Part shown: positions 58,684 through 64,000 of the stretch, piece by piece
How positions within the stretch are numbered: the first letter of the stretch is position 1
Layout: every line of letters starts with the position of its first letter
Assembly (NCBI GenBank): GCA_964291495.2
Contig: OZ219874.1
Location: forward strand, 57,127 to 121,126
Source of the DNA: Dehalococcoidia bacterium
Lineage (GTDB): Bacteria; Chloroflexota; Dehalococcoidia; UBA2979
Length of the DNA: 64,000 bases
Direction of reading: 5' to 3'
Position numbers and translations under genes: made by a program
Notes under the pieces: generated by a model
Seen by the model: only the letters and a program-made list of their open reading frames with translations
Databases searched by the model: none
Told to the model about the DNA's origin: nothing

Positions 58684-59541
58684 ATGGACGACTTCCGGGA
58701 CTGCGTGGCCGTGATCACCGGCGGCGCCTCCGGCATCGGGCGCGCGATTGGCCTCGCGCTTGCCGACGCCGGCGCGCACGTCGTGGTCGCGGACATCGAC
58801 GCGCCGCTCGCGGAGCAGACGGCGGGCGAGATCGCCGCCCGCGGCGTGCGCAGCCTCGCCGTCGAGACCGACGTGGCCGAGCGCGACTCGGTCGAGGCGC
58901 TCGCGGAGCGAGCCTTCGCGGAGTTCGGCGCGGTCCACCTGCTGTTCAACAACGCCGGGGTGGCGATGCACGGCTCGCTGGCGGACATGAGCGAGCAGGA
59001 CTGGCAGTGGGTGCTCTCGGTCAACCTCTGGGGCCAGCTGCACGGCGTTCGCGCGTTCCTCCCGAGGATCCGCGAGCAGCTGGCGCGCGACGGCGGCGAC
59101 GCGCACATCGTCAACACCGCCTCGCTCAACGGTGTCGTGGCGCGCAACAACGCGCACGGCGTCTACACCGCCAGCAAGTACGCCGTCGTTGGCTACAGCT
59201 TCGTCCTGAGGGAGGAGCTGGCGGCCGAGGGCATCGGCGTCTCGGTGCTCTGCCCGAGCATGATGGACACGGGCCTCATGACGGCCGGGCGCAACCGGCA
59301 GCAGCGCTTCGGCGGGCCGCTCACGCAGCCGCCGATGCCGATCCCGCCACGGCGCGAGCCCGCCGACCCGGCGATCATGGCCCCTCGCATCCTGGCCGGG
59401 GTGCTGGACAACCGGCGCTTCATCTTTACACACCCCGACACTCGCCCGGTCGTCGAGGAATACCAGGCGGAGCTGATCGCCGACTACGACGCGCTCGACC
59501 GCGCCCTGGCGGCTGCCGAGGAAGGCGTGGCGGCATCGTGA
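58684..59541 (+). CDS. SDR family oxidoreductase
   Basis: TGGASGIG, NNAG, YTASK. Confidence 0.9.
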   Translation: MDDFRDCVAVITGGASGIGRAIGLALADAGAHVVVADIDAPLAEQTAGEIAARGVRSLAVETDVAERDSVEALAERAFAEFGAVHLLFNNAGVAMHGSLADMSEQDWQWVLSVNLWGQLHGVRAFLPRIREQLARDGGDAHIVNTASLNGVVARNNAHGVYTASKYAVVGYSFVLREELAAEGIGVSVLCPSMMDTGLMTAGRNRQQRFGGPLTQPPMPIPPRREPADPAIMAPRILAGVLDNRRFIFTHPDTRPVVEEYQAELIADYDALDRALAAAEEGVAAS

Positions 59542-62021
59542 CCAACGGGACGGGCAACGGCGTGATGCGCGGACCCTGCGACGACCTCCGCGTGATCGAT
59601 CTCAGCAGCGGCCCCGCCGGCGGCATCGCGACGATGATGCTCGCCGACTACGGCGCGGACGTGATCAAGGTCGAGCGGCTAGGCGGTGACCCATTCCGCC
59701 GGCTTACTGCCTCGCCGGTGTGGCTGCGCGGCAAGCGCTCGATCACGCTCGACCTCGGCGACGAGGCAGCACGTGCGCGCCTGCGCGAGCTGGCGGCGGG
59801 CGCGGACGTGGTCGTCGCCTCGTTCCGGCCGGGCCGCGCCGAGGCGCTCGGCGCCGACTACGCGACGCTGCGCGAGGGCAACCCCGGCCTCGTCTACTGC
59901 TCGATCACCGGCTTCGGCCCGCGCGGGCCCTACGCCGGCTACCCCGGCTACGAGGGTGTCGTCGCGGCCAAGTCCGGGCGGATGCAGCACTTCGGCGGCG
60001 TGCCGAGGCGCGAGGGCCCTGCGTTCGCGGCGGTGCAGACAGGCACGCACGCGGCGGCGCAGTCCGCGCTCACCGGCATCCTCGGAGCGCTGCTGGTGCG
60101 CGACCGCAGCGGGCGCGGCCAGCTGATCGAGACCAGCGTGCTGCAGGGCCTGATGGGCTACGACATGAACAGCCTGGTCCGCACCCAACTCGAGCGGACG
60201 TTCCCCGCGCAGATGGAGGGCAACCAGCTCGGCGCCTACGGGGCGGCCCCGCCGCTCTACTACCAGCCCGTGATGGCGAAAGACGGGACGTGGATCCAGC
60301 CGGCCAACCTCGTCGACCATCTCTTCCACGCCTTCATCGCCACGATCGGCCTCGAGGACATCTACCTGGAGGAGCGCTTCAACGGGGCGCCGCGCCGGCT
60401 CGCCGATGCGGACCGCGAGGAGCTGCGCGAGCGCATGCTGCGGCGCGTGCTGGAGCGGACCAGCGACGAGTGGATGGAGCTCTTCCGCAACGCCCAGAAC
60501 GTCGCCGCCGAGCCCTTTGGCAAGACCCTCGGCGCGCTCTCGAACCCCGACCTCGTCGCCAACTCCGAGGTCGTCGAGGTCGAGCACCCGCGGCTCGGGC
60601 CCGTGCGCCAGCTCGGCCTCGTCGCGAATCTGACGCAGACACCCGGAACCGTCGGCGCCCCCGCCGCCGAGCCGGGCGCCCACACCGGGGAGGTGCTCGC
60701 CGAGCCCTCGCGCCACGCGTGGACGCCGCCGAATGGTGCGGACGCCATGCCGGCGCACGCCCTCGAGGGTGTCACCGTCCTCGAGTTTGCGACGGTGATC
60801 GCGGCGCCGCTCGGAGCGGCGCTGCTCGCCGATCTCGGCGCGCGCGTGATCAAGGTGGAGCCGATCGGCGGGGAGCCCTTCCGCGGCAACACCGCGGGCC
60901 TCCCCGGCCAGGTCAGCGTGGCGAAGACGACCGCCGGCAAGGAGGGGCTCTGCCTCGACCTCAAGTCCGAGGACGGCCAGGCGATCGTCGCGAAGCTGGT
61001 CGAGCGCGCCGACGTGCTGATCCACAACTACCGCCCCGGCGTCCCGGAGCGGCTCGGCATCGGCTATGAGCTGGCCAGCGCGCTCAACCCCGGCATCGTG
61101 CACGTCTCCGTCAACGGCTACGGGCCGCTCGGTCCCAGCGCCTCGCGGCCCTCGGCGCACCCCGTGCCCGGAGCCGTCGTCGGCGGCGCGCTGCAGCAGG
61201 CGGGCTCGGGGATGCCGCCAGCAGCCAGCGAAGACATCGACGAGTTGCGCGAGGCGGCCCGCTGGCTGTTCCGCTCCAACGAGGCCAACCCGGACCCGAA
61301 TACCTCGATGGTGGTCGCATCCTCGGCGATGCTCGGGCTGCACGCGAGGCGGCGCACCGGCCGCGGGCAGCAGATCTTCGTGAGCATGCTCGGCGCGAAC
61401 ACGTACGCCAACGCCGACGCCTTCGTCGACTACGAGGGGGCCCGGCCCCGCCGGCCCCTCGATCCCGATCTGCATGGCCCCGGCCCGCTCTACCGCCTCT
61501 ACGAGGCGCGCGAGGGCTGGGTCTTCCTCGCGGTCACCACCGACGAGGAGTGGGCGCGGCTTTGCGGCGTCCTCGGCGGATCGCTGGCTGCGGACCCGCG
61601 CTTCGCCGACGCCGAGGCGCGCGAGGCGAACGCGGACACGCTGGCAGGCGTCCTCGCCGCGTGCTTCGCGGAACGCGACGCCGACGAGTGGGAGCGCGCG
61701 CTGATCGCCGTCGACGTCGGCTGCGTGCGCGCGGACAGCTGCGGTCCTGGAGAGTTCTTCCTCGACGACCCGCACATGCACGAGAACGGCTTCACGCAGA
61801 CGGCGGACCACGCCGTTTGGGGTGAGTACCAGCGCTGGGGCCCGTTGGTCGGGTTCACGGAGACGCCGGGCCGCTACGGGCCGGGCGTCCTCGCCGGGCA
61901 GCACACAGACGAGATCCTCGAGGAACTCGGCTACAACGCCGGGGAGATCGCACGGCTCCGCCAGGACGGCGTTGCCTGGTCGGACGACGTACCACCGGTC
62001 GAGACGATGCTGCCCGGCTAG
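59538..62021 (+). CDS. Two-domain CaiB/BaiF family III CoA-transferase
   Basis: Two CoA-transferase modules; paralog of 9632-12127; GTGA overlap with the SDR gene. Confidence 0.9.
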   Translation: MTNGTGNGVMRGPCDDLRVIDLSSGPAGGIATMMLADYGADVIKVERLGGDPFRRLTASPVWLRGKRSITLDLGDEAARARLRELAAGADVVVASFRPGRAEALGADYATLREGNPGLVYCSITGFGPRGPYAGYPGYEGVVAAKSGRMQHFGGVPRREGPAFAAVQTGTHAAAQSALTGILGALLVRDRSGRGQLIETSVLQGLMGYDMNSLVRTQLERTFPAQMEGNQLGAYGAAPPLYYQPVMAKDGTWIQPANLVDHLFHAFIATIGLEDIYLEERFNGAPRRLADADREELRERMLRRVLERTSDEWMELFRNAQNVAAEPFGKTLGALSNPDLVANSEVVEVEHPRLGPVRQLGLVANLTQTPGTVGAPAAEPGAHTGEVLAEPSRHAWTPPNGADAMPAHALEGVTVLEFATVIAAPLGAALLADLGARVIKVEPIGGEPFRGNTAGLPGQVSVAKTTAGKEGLCLDLKSEDGQAIVAKLVERADVLIHNYRPGVPERLGIGYELASALNPGIVHVSVNGYGPLGPSASRPSAHPVPGAVVGGALQQAGSGMPPAASEDIDELREAARWLFRSNEANPDPNTSMVVASSAMLGLHARRRTGRGQQIFVSMLGANTYANADAFVDYEGARPRRPLDPDLHGPGPLYRLYEAREGWVFLAVTTDEEWARLCGVLGGSLAADPRFADAEAREANADTLAGVLAACFAERDADEWERALIAVDVGCVRADSCGPGEFFLDDPHMHENGFTQTADHAVWGEYQRWGPLVGFTETPGRYGPGVLAGQHTDEILEELGYNAGEIARLRQDGVAWSDDVPPVETMLPG

Positions 62022-62059
62022 CTCGCCGGGAGGCCGCAGCGCGGCGGGAGGAGCAAGCG

Positions 62060-62881
62060 ATGACGGACTGGGGACCGTTCAGCCTCAACGGCAGGAACGC
62101 GATCGTGACCGGCGGCGCGCGCGGCATCGGGCGCGGCATCGTCACGCGCTTCCTCGAGGCCGGCGCGAACGTGCTGATCGCCGACATCGACGGCGACTGG
62201 GCCGAGCGGACGGCGAGCGAGCTTGCCGCCGAGGGTCCGGGTACCGGCAAGGTCGTCGCAATGCGGCTGGACGTGACGGAAGACGACGCCGGCGAGCAGC
62301 TCGCGAGCCACGCCGTCGCCGAGCTGGGCTCGATCGACATCCTCGTCAACAACGCCGGGGTCTTCCCGGTGGCGCCGATGCTGGAGATGCCGCACGAGCA
62401 GTTCGACCTGATCTACCAGGTGAACTCGCGCGGACTGGCCTACTGCTCGCAGGGGGTCGGGCGGCGGATGGTCGAGCAGGGCACGGGCGGGGCGATCATC
62501 AACCTCGCCTCGGTCGACGGCTTCCGGCCCTCGTTCGTCGGCCTCGCCGCCTACAACATGGCCAAGGGCGGCGTCGTGATGTTCACGAAAGCGCTCGCGC
62601 TGGAGTTGGCGCCGCATCGGATCCGCGTCAACGCGATCGCGCCCGGGGGCATCAGCACCGAGGGCACGGCCGAGCTGCGCGAGAACCTGACGGACGCCGA
62701 CAAGGACCGCATGGCCGCGGGACCGACGCGCACGATTCCGCTCGGCAGGCGCTCCGGACCGGATGAGATCGCGAAGGCCGCGGTCTTCCTCGCCTCGGAC
62801 GGATCGAGCTTCGTGACCGGCGAGACGCTCGTGGTGGACGGGGCTTCCTGCTCGGCTGATCACAAGGCGGGCAGCGGCTAG
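62060..62881 (+). CDS. SDR family oxidoreductase (C-terminus probably frameshifted)
   Basis: TGGARGIG, NNAG, YNMAK. One extra G at ~62840 would give the usual VDGGFLLG* ending at 62859. Confidence 0.88.
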   Translation: MTDWGPFSLNGRNAIVTGGARGIGRGIVTRFLEAGANVLIADIDGDWAERTASELAAEGPGTGKVVAMRLDVTEDDAGEQLASHAVAELGSIDILVNNAGVFPVAPMLEMPHEQFDLIYQVNSRGLAYCSQGVGRRMVEQGTGGAIINLASVDGFRPSFVGLAAYNMAKGGVVMFTKALALELAPHRIRVNAIAPGGISTEGTAELRENLTDADKDRMAAGPTRTIPLGRRSGPDEIAKAAVFLASDGSSFVTGETLVVDGASCSADHKAGSG

Positions 62882-62924
62882 GCTCCGCTTGGCTCAACGC
62901 GTCCGCGCCTGAAAGGGATCCGCG

Positions 62925-64000
62925 ATGAGATTCGGCACGCTGCTGGAACTGCATTACCCGCGACCGTGGCCGGAGGACGGCGAGCGCCAGTTCTTCCAGG
63001 ACGTCCTCGATCAGGTCGAGCTGACGGACAAGCTCGGCTACCACTCGGTCTGGGAGGTGGAGCACCACTTCCTCGAGGAGTACGCGCACTCCTCGTCGCC
63101 GGAGGTCTTCCTCGCGGCGATCTCGCAGCGCACGAAGAACCTGCGGCTCGGGCACGGCATCGTGCTGATGCCGCCCGGCTACAACCAGACGGCGCGCGTC
63201 GCCGAGCGCATCGCCACGCTCGATCTCGTGTCCAACGGCCGCGTCGAGTTCGGCACGGGCGAGTCCTCCTCGCGCGCGGAGCTCGAGGGCTACGGCGTGC
63301 CGCTGGAGGAGAAGCGCGCGCAGTGGCTGGAGTGCACCGAGCAGGTCGCCAACATGCTCGCGCTGGACCCCTACCCCGGCTACGAGGGCCGCTACCTCTC
63401 CATGCCGACGCGCAACGTGGTGCCGAAGACGGTGCAGAAGCCGCATCCCGCCGATGTGGATGGCCTGCTCCAACCACGAGCAGATCAAGCTCGCCGCTCA
63501 CCTCGGACTGGGCGCGCTCGGTTTCGCGCTCGTCGACGCGAAGACGGCGAAGGGCTGGATCGACGAGTACTACGAGATCATCAAGACCGAGTGCGTGCCG
63601 ATCGGGCACACGGTGAACGCGAACATCGCGCTCACCTCGCCGCTCTCGCTCGACAACAACGAGGAGGCAGCGCGGGAGCGCGGCTTCAAGGGCCGCTACT
63701 TCTTCACTGTTCGCCAGCAACCACCACTACGTGGACGGCATCCACAAGCCCGGCCGCACCGACATCTGGGAGCAGTACGAGCAGGCCTGCCAATCCTCCG
63801 CAAGTCCTTCGAGGGCTACGGCGCGCCCAGCACTGTCGGCACGCCCGACCAGGCGCGCAAGATGATGCAGATCTACGAAGACATGGGCTGCGACGAGGTG
63901 CTGTTCATGGCGCAGATGGGCCAAGATCGCCCACGAGGACATCTGCGAGTCGCTGCGCATCTTCGCCGACGAGGTCATGCCCGAGTTCCAGGAGCGCGAG
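62925..64000 (+). CDS. LLM-class flavin-dependent oxidoreductase (multiple frameshifts, runs off window)
   Basis: MRFG..., WEVEHHFLEEYAHSSSPE, RLGHG, ATLDLVSNGRVEFGTG, QKPHP. Later motifs (PMWMAC, VGTPD, FADEVMP) appear in shifted frames. Confidence 0.85.
   Translation, partial: MRFGTLLELHYPRPWPEDGERQFFQDVLDQVELTDKLGYHSVWEVEHHFLEEYAHSSSPEVFLAAISQRTKNLRLGHGIVLMPPGYNQTARVAERIATLDLVSNGRVEFGTGESSSRAELEGYGVPLEEKRAQWLECTEQVANMLALDPYPGYEGRYLSMPTRNVVPKTVQKPHPADVDGLLQPRADQARRSPRTGRARFRARRREDGEGLDRRVLRDHQDRVRADRAHGEREHRAHLAALARQQRGGSAGARLQGPLLLHCSPATTTTWTASTSPAAPTSGSSTSRPANPPQVLRGLRRAQHCRHARPGAQDDADLRRHGLRRGAVHGADGPRSPTRTSASRCASSPTRSCPSSRSA

Overview
High-GC bacterial window, most likely Chloroflexota/Dehalococcoidia (SAR202- or Tepidiforma-like) and possibly host (e.g. 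sponge) associated. This taxonomy is an inference from the gene content (many SDRs, family III CoA-transferases, LLM and F420/PPOX enzymes), the fabG-nusB-acpP order and a plant-like LRR lipoprotein. Bases 1 to ~9.5 kb look like the right arm of a genomic island. It carries Xre/MbcA-type antitoxin-like genes, an LRR lipoprotein, a DUF5678-like/clan AA protease pair, two nested sets of direct repeats, and nurA-[DUF4160/DUF2442 fusion]-[37-aa NurA-like peptide]-herA. It ends at a tmRNA/tRNA-like 3' fragment (CTCCCCCGTCTCCACCA, 9467-9483) followed by a terminator. The rest is largely core chromosome: rnpB, modABC, yceD-rpmF-fabD-fabG-nusB-acpP, tatBC, udg, rnj, ftsK, uvrB, polA-mutM, panDBC, yebC-ruvC-ruvA and rarA, interspersed with catabolic genes and a RelE/HTH toxin-antitoxin pair. 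Many genes appear to be leaderless. Several single-base frameshifts, clustered toward the right end, suggest assembly indel errors. All product calls come from motif recognition by eye; no database searches were run.
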